The notes: a model not told the origin generated them from the letters alone. Counted from the stretch's first letter, positions 1 through 8,500 are shown. The stretch is DNA of 18,463 nucleotides from Candidatus Rokuibacteriota bacterium (GCA_003220195.1 QHRT01000067.1:1-18463), one strand, 5' to 3'. Translations and numbers: made by a program.

Positions 1-54
1 CGGCCGCGCCAGATGTCGCCAGGGCGTTGGCCAAGGCGTTGGGAGGAGGCCACC

Positions 55-1017
55 ATGGTCAGGTTCATGAAGGCGTCTCCGACGACGTACGTGCTGCATT
101 TCCGCTCCGGCCGCATCGTCCGCGAGGGCGCCGGCCTCGCGTTCTTCTACTGGGAGCCGGCGGCGACCCTCGTGACCGTTCCGCTCGCCAGCGCCGACAC
201 GCCGTTCGCCTTCCAGGAGGCGACCGCGGACTTCCAGGCCGTGGCCATCCAGGGCCAGCTCACGTATCGCGTGATCGACCCGAAACGCCTGGCCGCCCTG
301 CTCGACCTGAGTGTGCGGCCCGACGGCCGGTATCGGACGGACGACTATCAGAAGCTGCCGGAGCGCCTGGTCCACGCGACGCAGACGCTCGTGCGTGGCG
401 AGACCCAGCGGATGACGCTTCGCGAGGCGTTGACCAGCTCGGCAGCGCTCGCCGCGACGGTCCTCGAGCGTCTCCGGGCGTCCGATCTGGTCGCCGAGCT
501 CGGCGTCGAGATCCTGGGCCTCTCGATCCTCGCGATCCGCCCGACACCGGAAAGCGCCAAGGCGCTCGAAGCGGAAGCGCGCGAGGAGCTGCAGCGGCGC
601 TCCGACGAGGCGATCTACGCGCGCCGGAACGCGGCCGTCGAGCAGGAAAGGCGCATCAAGGAATCCGAGCTGCGCACCGAGATCGCCCTCGAGCGCGAGC
701 GCTCGGCGCTGATGGACGAGCGCGCCACGAACGACCGCAAGGAAGCCGACAGCCGCGCGTACGCGATCGAGACGGCGCTGGCGCCGCTGCGCGGCCTCGA
801 CTGGCGCACGCTCATGGTCCTGCGCGGCGGCGAGCCCGCGACCACCATCGCGCTCGCGTTCCACGAGATCGCCGCCAACGCCTCGCGGGTGGGCGAGCTC
901 AACATCACGCCTGACCTCCTCCGGTCGCTGCTGCCGCCGGCCACGGCGGGCGCCGCGGCCGGCGCCGTGGGCGCCGCGGCCGGCGCCGTGCGCACGACCG
1001 TCGAAGCGCGGCGCTGA
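55..1017 (+). CDS. SPFH/band-7 (stomatin/prohibitin-like) domain protein
   Basis: Open frame 13..1017. ATG at 55 is preceded by GGGAGGAGG at 40-48, so I prefer that start (MVRFMKASPTTYV...). The translation has the SPFH core pattern (VIDPKRL..., ...GVEILGLSILAIRPTPESAKALEAEA...) followed by a charged coiled-coil-like tail (ERRIKESELRTEIALERERSALMDER). No N-terminal TM helix is obvious. Stop TGA 1015-1017 lies 2 nt before the next ATG. Confidence 0.65.
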   Translation: MVRFMKASPTTYVLHFRSGRIVREGAGLAFFYWEPAATLVTVPLASADTPFAFQEATADFQAVAIQGQLTYRVIDPKRLAALLDLSVRPDGRYRTDDYQKLPERLVHATQTLVRGETQRMTLREALTSSAALAATVLERLRASDLVAELGVEILGLSILAIRPTPESAKALEAEAREELQRRSDEAIYARRNAAVEQERRIKESELRTEIALERERSALMDERATNDRKEADSRAYAIETALAPLRGLDWRTLMVLRGGEPATTIALAFHEIAANASRVGELNITPDLLRSLLPPATAGAAAGAVGAAAGAVRTTVEARR

Positions 1018-1019
1018 CC

Positions 1020-1940
1020 ATGTTCGAGAAAGTCGTCGTCGTCACGCGCAAGACCCGGCTCGCCGAGCTGGTCGAAAGGTTCAACACGCGAGCCCAGGCG
1101 AAGTTCTACATCGAGCACGCGGGCGGCGACTTCACCGAGTACGAAGTGGAGGACGCCGCGTATCGCGCGGCGCTGGAGCACGTCCGTCGGGCGGTCGAGG
1201 TCGGATTGAAAGTCCAGGTGCTGGACCGCGAGCTGGTTCCCACCTACACCTTCCTGCGCGAGGACGTCATCGTCACGCTCGGCCAGGACGGCCTCGTCGC
1301 CAACACGGCGAAGTACGCGGCGGGTCAGCCCATCATCGCCGTGAATCCGGATCCCGAGCGGTTCGACGGCGTGCTCCTGCCGTTTCTGCCGGAGGAGACT
1401 CGCGAGGCGCTCGTGTCCACCCTCAACGGTCGCCGCCCCATCCGCGCGGTAACGCTGGCCGAGGCACGACTCGGCGACGGGCAGCGATTGCTCGCGTTCA
1501 ACGAGCTCTTCGTCGGCGCGCGCACGCACGTCTCGGCGCGCTACCGCCTGCGCTGGAAGTCGGCGGAGGAGCCGCAATCGTCGAGCGGCATCCTGGTCGC
1601 CACCGGCGCGGGCAGCACCGGCTGGCTCTCGTCCGTGTATCAGATGGTGTCGGGCATCGCGACGTGGAGCGGCGCCGCGCCGGTGCGGCCGCTCCGGCTC
1701 GAATGGGAAGACCGGCGGCTGGTGTTCGTGGTACGCGAGCCCTTCGTCAGCCGGCATTCCGGGGCGCGGATCGTGACGGACACGATCGAGCCCGGCGAGA
1801 GGCTCGAGATCGAATCGACCATGCCGTCGGGCGGCGTCATCTTCAGCGACGGGATCGAGAGCGATTTTCTCGCGTTCGACTCGGGCGCGATCGCCCGCAT
1901 CGCCGCGGCGAGGGACACCGCGAACCTCGTGGCGGCGTGA
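1020..1940 (+). CDS. NAD kinase (PpnK/NadK) family protein, divergent
   Basis: 306-aa ORF with the NadK-family motif order. It has a GGDG-like LGQDGLVANT (GQDG where GGDG is expected), then an NE motif (AFNELFVG), then a Gly-rich STGW motif (SGILVATGAGSTGWLSS) resembling the TPTGSTAYS segment of NAD kinases. Start is coupled to the upstream stop. Its own stop TGA 1938-1940 lies 2 nt before the next ATG at 1943. Confidence 0.6.
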   Translation: MFEKVVVVTRKTRLAELVERFNTRAQAKFYIEHAGGDFTEYEVEDAAYRAALEHVRRAVEVGLKVQVLDRELVPTYTFLREDVIVTLGQDGLVANTAKYAAGQPIIAVNPDPERFDGVLLPFLPEETREALVSTLNGRRPIRAVTLAEARLGDGQRLLAFNELFVGARTHVSARYRLRWKSAEEPQSSSGILVATGAGSTGWLSSVYQMVSGIATWSGAAPVRPLRLEWEDRRLVFVVREPFVSRHSGARIVTDTIEPGERLEIESTMPSGGVIFSDGIESDFLAFDSGAIARIAAARDTANLVAA

Positions 1941-1942
1941 GC

Positions 1943-2608
1943 ATGGCGATTCGCGTGACGGTCGACGTCGTGGTCTTCACCATCCGCGACGGCGATCTGC
2001 ACGTACTGCTGGTCCGGCGCGGAGCTGCGCCATTCGCGGGAAGGTACGCGATTCCCGGCGGCTTCGTGCACGAGGACGAATCGCTGGACGCCGCGGCGCG
2101 GCGGGAGCTCTCGGAAGAGACCGGCGTCCGCGACGTCTATCTGGAGCAGCTCTACTCCTTCGGCGACCCGGGCCGCGATCCGCGCGGCCGGATCATCACC
2201 GTCGCGTACTTCGCGCTGATCGCCTCCGACCAGTCCACGCTCGATGCCGGCAGCCACGGCGCCGAAGCGGGATGGTTTCCCGTGAAGAAGCCGCCCGCGC
2301 TCGCGTTCGACCACGGGCGGATCCTCGAGTACGCGGTGGAGCGCCTCAGGACGAAGCTCGAATACACGACCGTCGGCTTTCAGCTCTTGCCGGAGAAGTT
2401 CACGCTCGGCGAGCTCCAGGCCGTGTACGAGGCGATCCTCGGCCGCCGCATCGACAAAAGAAACTTCCGTCGCAAGATCGGGCTGCTCGGGATCCTGACC
2501 CCGCTCCGGGAACGGCGAGCGACGGGCCGGAAGCCCGCGCTCCTCTATCGGTTCTCCGCGCGCCGGTTCGCAAACCTCAGGGACAAGGGCATCCTGTTTC
2601 CGTTCTGA
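1943..2608 (+). CDS. Nudix hydrolase fused to C-terminal winged-helix domain (NrtR-like Nudix-related transcriptional regulator)
   Basis: 221 aa from ATG 1943; the upstream in-frame extension 1664..1942 overlaps the NadK-like gene and is rejected. The Nudix box is intact: GGFVHEDESLDAAARRELSEETGV (G-x5-E-x7-REUxEExGU). The C-terminal 90 aa (KFTLGELQAVYEAILGRRIDKRNFRRKIGLLGIL...) matches the wHTH tail typical of NrtR-family regulators. Confidence 0.7.
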   Translation: MAIRVTVDVVVFTIRDGDLHVLLVRRGAAPFAGRYAIPGGFVHEDESLDAAARRELSEETGVRDVYLEQLYSFGDPGRDPRGRIITVAYFALIASDQSTLDAGSHGAEAGWFPVKKPPALAFDHGRILEYAVERLRTKLEYTTVGFQLLPEKFTLGELQAVYEAILGRRIDKRNFRRKIGLLGILTPLRERRATGRKPALLYRFSARRFANLRDKGILFPF

Positions 2609-2618
2609 GAGCGCGCCC

Positions 2619-3020
2619 TCATTCGAGCGTCATCACCGCCAGGCCCTCGGCGACGTGGACGGCGCCATCCAGATCGTCGACGGACAGCACCAGGCGTCCC
2701 CGAGTCGTGACGTAGACGGCGTCGATGTTGATGCCGGCCGTCGCCATCACGAGCGCCACGTCGCCGAGCGTCCCCGGTTCGTCCAGCACCTTGACGAGGA
2801 GCACCTCGCGCGTGGTGAACGCAATGTGGACGGCGTCGAGAGCGCGCGCGGCGCCGTCCGTGTCTTCTGGCACGAACCGGACGACGCCTTTCCCCTCGCG
2901 GCTCATCCCCTGGATCGCTTCGATGTTCACCCGGGCGTCGCCGAGCGCCTTGCCGAGCTGCGCGAGGGCGCCAGGCACGTCGTCGAGAACAACGGTGAGC
3001 TCGATGGGCATGCCGTTCAC
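2619..3020 (-). CDS. ACT-domain pair protein (small regulatory ligand-binding protein)
   Basis: 133-aa ORF on the minus strand with two ACT-like halves (IELTVVLDDVPGALAQLGKALGDARVNIEAI and VLLVKVLDEPGTLGDVALVMATAGINIDAVYV). Start is either GTG (3020) or ATG (3010). It is convergent with the Nudix gene (stop 2608) with 10 bp between stops. Confidence 0.55.
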   Translation of the reverse strand: MNGMPIELTVVLDDVPGALAQLGKALGDARVNIEAIQGMSREGKGVVRFVPEDTDGAARALDAVHIAFTTREVLLVKVLDEPGTLGDVALVMATAGINIDAVYVTTRGRLVLSVDDLDGAVHVAEGLAVMTLE

Positions 3021-3265
3021 TCCCTGCGTCGGATGCTTCAGAATACCGGAGAGATCGTGAGCCGTCCGCGATTGAAATTCTTGCGCCGCAGAGCGGACCC
3101 CTCCAGCGGCATTCCGCTTGCTCCAGTGAACACTCGTGCACCTCGGATCACCGAGAAGAGTTCGTGGAGTCCGAGAAGGAGGGAAATCGATGAAGCGTGC
3201 AGTTATCTATGCCGCCGCTCTTACCGTGATCATCGCCGCTCCGATGTCGGTGTCGGCGGGAGGGG

Positions 3266-3721
3266 ATGGCGGAGGTCGAGCTGGGTCGCCTGGTGAGCCA
3301 GCGCGCCTCGTCGGGCACCGTGAAGCAGTTCGCGCAGCAGATGATCTCCGACCACAGCCGGGCGAACGACGAGCTCATGCAGCTGGCCGAGCAGAAGGGT
3401 GTCGAGGTGCCGACGGCCCTCGATCGCAAGCACAAGAAGGCCTACGATCGCCTGGCGAAACTGTCAGGCCCCGACTTCGATCGCGCGTACATCCGCGAGA
3501 TGGCGCGCGATCACAACAAGGATCTGAAGATGTTCAGTCGCGAGGCGACTCGCGCGAAGGATCCCGACGTGAAGGCCTGGGCCGCGAAGACGCTGCCCAC
3601 GCTCCAGCAGCATCAAGACCAGGTGAAGCAGACCGCCTCGAGCATGAACGAACCGCTGCCCACCAACGGGTGGGCCTGGCCGGGTGACAAGGCGGCCGGA
3701 CGCGCCCGCGTTTCGCAGTAA
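3266..3721 (+). CDS. DUF4142-family periplasmic/outer-membrane protein (intact domain ORF; signal peptide encoded out of frame at 3190-3260)
   Basis: The translation (GMAEVELGRLVSQRASSGTVKQFAQQMISDHSRANDELMQLAEQKG...DHNKDLKMF...) is the conserved DUF4142 four-helix pattern. Immediately upstream, in the +1-shifted frame, ATG 3190 follows a GGAGG box at 3177-3181 and encodes a textbook signal peptide, MKRAVIYAAALTVIIAAPMSVSAGG. The two frames meet in the run GGGAGGGG (3258-3265), so this is a frameshift or sequencing error. Confidence 0.7.
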   Translation: MAEVELGRLVSQRASSGTVKQFAQQMISDHSRANDELMQLAEQKGVEVPTALDRKHKKAYDRLAKLSGPDFDRAYIREMARDHNKDLKMFSREATRAKDPDVKAWAAKTLPTLQQHQDQVKQTASSMNEPLPTNGWAWPGDKAAGRARVSQ

Positions 3722-3748
3722 CCGTCGCCCTTCCACGCGGCGGCACCC

Positions 3749-3792
3749 GAGCCCCGCTCATGGCGTGATGATCACGCCATGACGCGGGGCTC
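3749..3792. terminator. Long bulged inverted repeat (12+9 bp stem) downstream of the DUF4142 gene; candidate terminator or operator
   Basis: 3749-3792 is GAGCCCCGCTCATGGCGTGAT-G-ATCACGCCATGA(C)GCGGGGCTC. Pairing runs 3758-3769 with 3771-3782 (12 bp) and, after a 1-nt bulge at 3783, 3749-3757 with 3784-3792 (9 bp). It lies 28 nt after the DUF4142 stop (3719-3721). No U-tract follows, which is common in high-GC taxa. Confidence 0.4.
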
Positions 3793-3811
3793 TCCCCACG
3801 AGCCTCGATGG

Positions 3812-3838
3812 CATTTCGATTGCCCCATTTCGATTGCC
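3812..3838. repeat. Two 13-bp direct repeats (CATTTCGATTGCC) separated by 1 bp, overlapping the 5' end of the Ku gene
   Basis: 3812-3824 and 3826-3838 are identical. The stretch is locally AT-richer than the flanks and sits immediately upstream of, and overlapping, the Ku start region. Confidence 0.6.
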
Positions 3839-4715
3839 ACGGAGAAGTCACATAGCACGACCGATCTGGAAGGGCGCGCTCAGCTTCGGCCTCGTCACCA
3901 TCCCGATCGGGCTCTACTCCGCCGTCGAGCGGAAGAGCGAGCTCTCGTTCCATCTGCTGCACGAGAAGGACAAGAGCCGGATCGATTACAAGAGGTTCTG
4001 CGCGGAGGAAGGCGTCGAGGTCCCCTGGTCCGAGATCGTGAAGGGGTACGAGTACGAGAAGGGCCAGTACGTCGTGATGGCCGACGAGGAGTTCGAGAAG
4101 GCGCGCGTGCCGGCCAGCGAGACCATCGAGATCACGGATTTCGTGCCGGCCGACGCGATCGACTTCATGTTTTTCGACCAGCCGTACTACGTGGCGCCGG
4201 GCGGGAAAGGCGCCACGAAAGCCTACGCGCTCTTGCGTGACGCGCTCGAGGAGACGAAGCGCGTCGGCATCGGGACGCTCGTCATGCGGCAGCGCCAGCA
4301 TCTGGTCGCCGTCGAGCCGGCGGGCGATCTCCTGTCGGTCACCACGATGCGCTGGAAGTCCGAGATCCGATCGAGTCACGACTTCGACGTCCCGGGTCAC
4401 GGCGAGGGCTACGTCAAGAAGGAAATGAGCCTGGCGTTGCAGCTCGTCGATACGCTCGCGGCCGACTGGGAGCCGGAGAAGTATCGCGACACCTACACCG
4501 AAGTTCTCCGGAATGCGATCGAGCAGAAGATCGAGACCGGCCACGTCGAGGCTCCCGCGGCGCCGGAAAAGTGTCCGCACGTGGTGAACCTCGTGAAGGC
4601 GCTCGAGGAGAGCCTCAAGAAGCCGCGGAAGGAGCTGGCGCGCGCCGAGTCCCGCGAGGGTCGGAAGGCCGCGAGCGGACGACAGCGCACGACACGGCGA
4701 AGAGCGGCCGCGTAG
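3834..4715 (+). CDS. ku: Ku protein (non-homologous end-joining DNA-end-binding protein)
   Basis: The N-terminus ARPIWKGALSFGLVTIPIGLYSAVE is the canonical bacterial Ku start (compare MRAIWKGAISFGLVNIPVKLY). The Ku core pattern runs throughout and the tail is basic (KKPRKELARAESREGRKAASGRQRTTRRRAAA). The frame opens at TTG 3834 and there is no in-frame ATG/GTG before the conserved IWKG. GGAGAAG at 3841-3847 sits at Shine-Dalgarno spacing from an ATA codon at 3852, so the 5' end is uncertain by about 20 nt. Confidence 0.85.
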   Translation: MPRRSHIARPIWKGALSFGLVTIPIGLYSAVERKSELSFHLLHEKDKSRIDYKRFCAEEGVEVPWSEIVKGYEYEKGQYVVMADEEFEKARVPASETIEITDFVPADAIDFMFFDQPYYVAPGGKGATKAYALLRDALEETKRVGIGTLVMRQRQHLVAVEPAGDLLSVTTMRWKSEIRSSHDFDVPGHGEGYVKKEMSLALQLVDTLAADWEPEKYRDTYTEVLRNAIEQKIETGHVEAPAAPEKCPHVVNLVKALEESLKKPRKELARAESREGRKAASGRQRTTRRRAAA

Positions 4716-4722
4716 GCGCGGG

Positions 4723-4770
4723 CCCGCGCGGGTCACGTGGGCTTCGCCCGCGCGGGTCACATGGGCTTGC
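4723..4770. repeat. Tandem 24-bp imperfect duplication at the convergent Ku/methyltransferase junction
   Basis: 4723-4746 CCCGCGCGGGTCACGTGGGCTTCG and 4747-4770 CCCGCGCGGGTCACATGGGCTTGC are 22/24 identical. The second copy encodes the last residues (…GRKPM*) of the minus-strand methyltransferase. Confidence 0.55.
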
Positions 4771-5578
4771 GCCCGAGCGCCTCCACGTGAATGAACATCC
4801 ACAGAGCATCGGGGTGCGCGGCCCACGTGCGGAACGCCGCGGCCATCTGCTCGATGTCGGAGCGCGAGGCGAGGCCATGCTGCACGGGCGCCTCGCCCAT
4901 CGACGTCAGCAGCCGATCCGCGTACGACTCCCCCCACGCGGTCGTCTCCGCCGGAGTCGCGTAGCACCAGACCGAGGCGGTGATGCGCGGCTCCGCCACG
5001 CCGACCTCGTTGAAGAGCGCGCGTAGCTGGCGTCCGAGCTGGGGTTCGCCGCCGTTCCGGTACCACGCCTGCTGGTGAACCTCGATGAAGCGATCGATCC
5101 ACGGATCGCGGGGCCAGTAGGCCGCGGTGCCCCAGTCGACGTCCCGCACGGCGACGAGGCCCCCCGGCTTCACGACGCGCAGCATCTGGCGGAGCGCATT
5201 CGTGCGCTCGCGCAGATGCTGGATCACCTGGTGCGCGAAGACGACGTCGAAGGACGCGTCGGGAAACGGCAGCTCGTAGACGCTCCCGGTCTCGTATCGC
5301 AGATTTCTCAGGCCGCGCGCCGCCGCATCGCGACGCGCTCCTTCGAGGGTCTCGCGAGAGAGATCGACGCCCACGACTTCGCCGGGCGCGAGGCGCTCGG
5401 CAAGTCCGCGGGTGATGCTGCCGGGACCGCAGCCGACGTCCAGGAGACACAGGCCCGGTGACAGCTCGGGGAGCAGGAACGCTGCCGCCTCGTCCGCGGT
5501 TCGCTGCGCGTGCTGGCGCACCACGGCGGGCGCGTGTCCGTGAGTGTACGTCTCGTGTCTGAGCGGCTCGCTGCTCAT
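4757..5578 (-). CDS. Class I SAM-dependent methyltransferase
   Basis: 273 aa from ATG (rc of CAT 5576-5578). The SAM-binding motif I is LLDVGCGPGSITRGLAERL, followed by the acidic loop (VVGVDLS) and post-I motifs (FDVVFAHQVIQHL, VKPGGLVAV). Stop TGA is at rc 4757-4759. The remaining ~2.4 kb of the same open frame (up to 8005) is antisense to the giant + strand gene and is discounted. Confidence 0.8.
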   Translation of the reverse strand: MSSEPLRHETYTHGHAPAVVRQHAQRTADEAAAFLLPELSPGLCLLDVGCGPGSITRGLAERLAPGEVVGVDLSRETLEGARRDAAARGLRNLRYETGSVYELPFPDASFDVVFAHQVIQHLRERTNALRQMLRVVKPGGLVAVRDVDWGTAAYWPRDPWIDRFIEVHQQAWYRNGGEPQLGRQLRALFNEVGVAEPRITASVWCYATPAETTAWGESYADRLLTSMGEAPVQHGLASRSDIEQMAAAFRTWAAHPDALWMFIHVEALGRKPM

Positions 5579-5596
5579 GCTCCTCCCTGACACCGC

Positions 5597-8500
5597 ATGG
5601 TCGAGGTCGACGGGCCCGACGAACGACCTTACCAGAGCAGGAGCCCGGGCCGGCGCGGAAACGCCGTGGAACGCGCGACGGCCGTCGTCCATTACCCTAC
5701 CGTGGTGACCCGACGTCGCGTCCTCGGCCTGCTCGGGCTCGTGATCGTCTCGCTGCTGGCGGTGACGATCGTCAGCCTGCCCCATGTTCTTCGTCGTGTC
5801 GTGGTCTGGCGGCTCCAGACGACCATGGGCCGGCCGGTGACGCTCGCACGGCTCGACGTCAGTCTCTTGACCGGCCGCCTCGGGCTCCATCAGCTGCGCA
5901 TCGTCGACCGCGATCAGCAGCCGCTGGCGACGCTCGAGCGGCTCGAGGCCCGGCTCAGTCTGCGAGCGCTCCTTCGCGGGCAGCTCCGCGTCACCCGCGC
6001 GACGATCGAGAAGCCATTCCTGAGAATCGTCCGCACGGCGCCGGGCGAGTTCAACGTCTCCGACCTTCGTCCGCGCGAGACACGAGAGTCCACCGGTGGG
6101 CTCGGGATCGAGATCGAACGAGTGGCCGTCGTGGGAGGCGCCGTCCAGATCGAGGATCGCACCCTGTCGCCGGCGCGGACCTGGCACGTCGAGAGCGTGA
6201 CGCTCGACGCGCGCGACCTCTCGACGCTCGCCGCCGCGAGTCCCGGCGTCGCGACGCTGCAGGCCGTCGCGGCCGGGTCGCCGCTGTCCGTGTGGGTGAC
6301 CGGCGTGCGATTGCGGCCGCTCGCGTTCCACGCGACGGTCAGCGCGCGGGAGATCGACCTCTCGCTGCCGATGCTCTACCTGGCGGCGGCAAGACCGGCG
6401 ACGCCGACGCGCGGCACGCTCGATCTCTCCGGAACAGTCGAGCACGACGGCGCGAGCGGCACGCGCGTCTCGCTGGATGCACGACTCGCCGATGTGGCGG
6501 TGAGCCGGCCGGGACAGGCAATTCTGTCGGCGCCCGCGGTGCGAGTGACCGTGGAAGATCTCCGGCTGCGACCGGCGGCCGTCGACCTGGCGCGCCTGAC
6601 GATCGACGGCGGCGCGATGACGATCGACGACGCGCGGCCCGGGGGCCATCGCTGGCCGATCGATGGCGTCGGAGTCGAGATTCACGGTGTGTCGAGCGCT
6701 CGCGAGGCGAGCGGCGTCGGGACGGCGCGCGCCGTCGTCGCCGGAGCGCCGGTGTCGCTCTGGATCACGCGGCTCCGGCTGGCGCCGTTCGAGGTTCACA
6801 CCACCACGATCGTGCGGAACGTGGACCTGGCGCTGCTCCGCCTGTGGGTGCCGCCGAATTTTCCGATCGAGGCCGAGCACGGCGTCGTCAACGCGTCGAT
6901 CGAGGTGGATCACGATGGTCGCGCCGGCACGCGGCTCGCCGTCGACGTGACCGGCAGTGACCTCGACGTACGCCGTGGCCGACACTTCGTCACCGCGCCG
7001 GCAGTCCGTCTCACGGCGACGGACATCGCGTTCAGCGGAGGCGCCGTCACCGTCGGCCGCGCCGGCCTCACCGGGGAGCGCCTGGCGATCGAGGATCGGC
7101 ACGCGACACCGATCCGCCGCTGGCCCGTGCGGAACCTCGCGGTCGAAGCGAGTCGGCTCACGAGCGGACGGCACGACGTGCAGGGCATCGCCACCGCGCG
7201 CGCCACCGTCTCGGGCGCGGAAGTGTCGGCCTGGATCACCGGAGTCCGGCTCGATCCGCTGAAGGCGAGCGTCACGGTCAGCGTGCGCGATCTCGATCTC
7301 GCGCTCGTACGCCTGTACCTGCCGGAGGCGATGGCGGTCGAGCCGACGGCGGGAATCGTGAATGCCTCGGTTCACGCGGAGCACACGGCGGCCGATGGCA
7401 CGAGCGTCGACGCCGACCTGACGCTCACGAACGCGATCGGGCGCGCCGTCACTCGAGCGGGGATCCTGACGGTCAGCGCGCCGTCGCTCCGGATGACGCT
7501 GACGGGCGGCCGACGAGCCGACAACGCGCTCGGCCTCGGACGCCTCGAGCTCACGGGTCGTGGCGCCATCAGCACGGGTGCCGCCGAGCCGAGCCGCGGG
7601 CCGACGCGGATCGAGCTCGATCGCCTCACGTTCGCGATGGAGAACGTCACCTGGCCGGCGCGGGGGCCGGCGCGCGTCGAGGTCCACGCGCGCTCGCTCG
7701 ATCAGAGCCAGCTCGACGCGAGCGGCACCGCCACGCTGACGGCTCCGCCGCCCAACCTCGCCTGGACTGCCGACGTGGCTCTGGAGATGCGCTCGTTCAA
7801 CCTCGCGACGCTTGGCGCGTACGTTCCAATGGCGAGCGGGGTGAGCGGAAGGCTCGGCGCGACCGCGACGGCGACCGCCACGTACGCCGGCTCGCTCACC
7901 GTGCGCGCGCGCGGCGGCGCCGAAGCTTCGGGGCTCGCGCTGGCCGACGGCCGCGGTGTTCCACTGTCGGTCGCGCGCATCGCGGCCTCGGGCGTCGAGG
8001 CGCAATGGCTCTCGCGCGTCGATGCGGCGCCGCCGCGCGACGGGAGCGCCGAGCGCGCCGCACCGCTCCGGCTCGAGGTCGGCAAGCTCGCGATCGTCGA
8101 GCCGCGCGCGGTCGTGGAACGTGACCGTCAGGGCCGGTTCCCGCTCGCGGCCCGATTCACTCGCGCGCCGGTCAGCCTCCCCGCCGCACCAGCCACGGCG
8201 GAACCTGCGCCGGGGGCCTCCGCCTTCACGCCGCAGATCTCCGTCGGTGAGATCACCGTCGAGCGTGGCAGCGGACTCTTCCTCGACGAGAGCACGACCG
8301 AGCGAACCCGCCTGGAGGTCCCGCGCCTGGACGCGACGCTGCGCGGTCTGACGTGGCCAACGCGTGAGCCGGCTCGGCTTCGAGTCGACGCAACGCTGCA
8401 GAGAAACGGCGCCGTCAGCCTCGAGGGCACGGTGAGCGCCGCTCCTGCGCGCCTCGACGCCCAGCTCGTGATGAAGGACGTCGCGCTCGCGCTCGTCCAG

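Noticed and set aside
1664-1942. Upstream in-frame extension of the Nudix ORF (1664..2608 as listed)
   Set aside because: It overlaps the NadK-like gene for 277 nt in another frame and translates to Arg-rich nonsense. ATG 1943, 2 nt after the NadK-like stop, gives a Nudix protein of normal length.
5579-8005. Continuation of the 1082-aa minus-strand ORF (4757..8005) beyond the methyltransferase start
   Set aside because: Only the first 273 aa (4757-5578) look like a protein (SAM methyltransferase motifs). The rest is Arg/Gly/Asp-rich low-complexity translation, exactly antisense to the repeat-bearing giant + strand gene. This is the typical high-GC antisense open frame.
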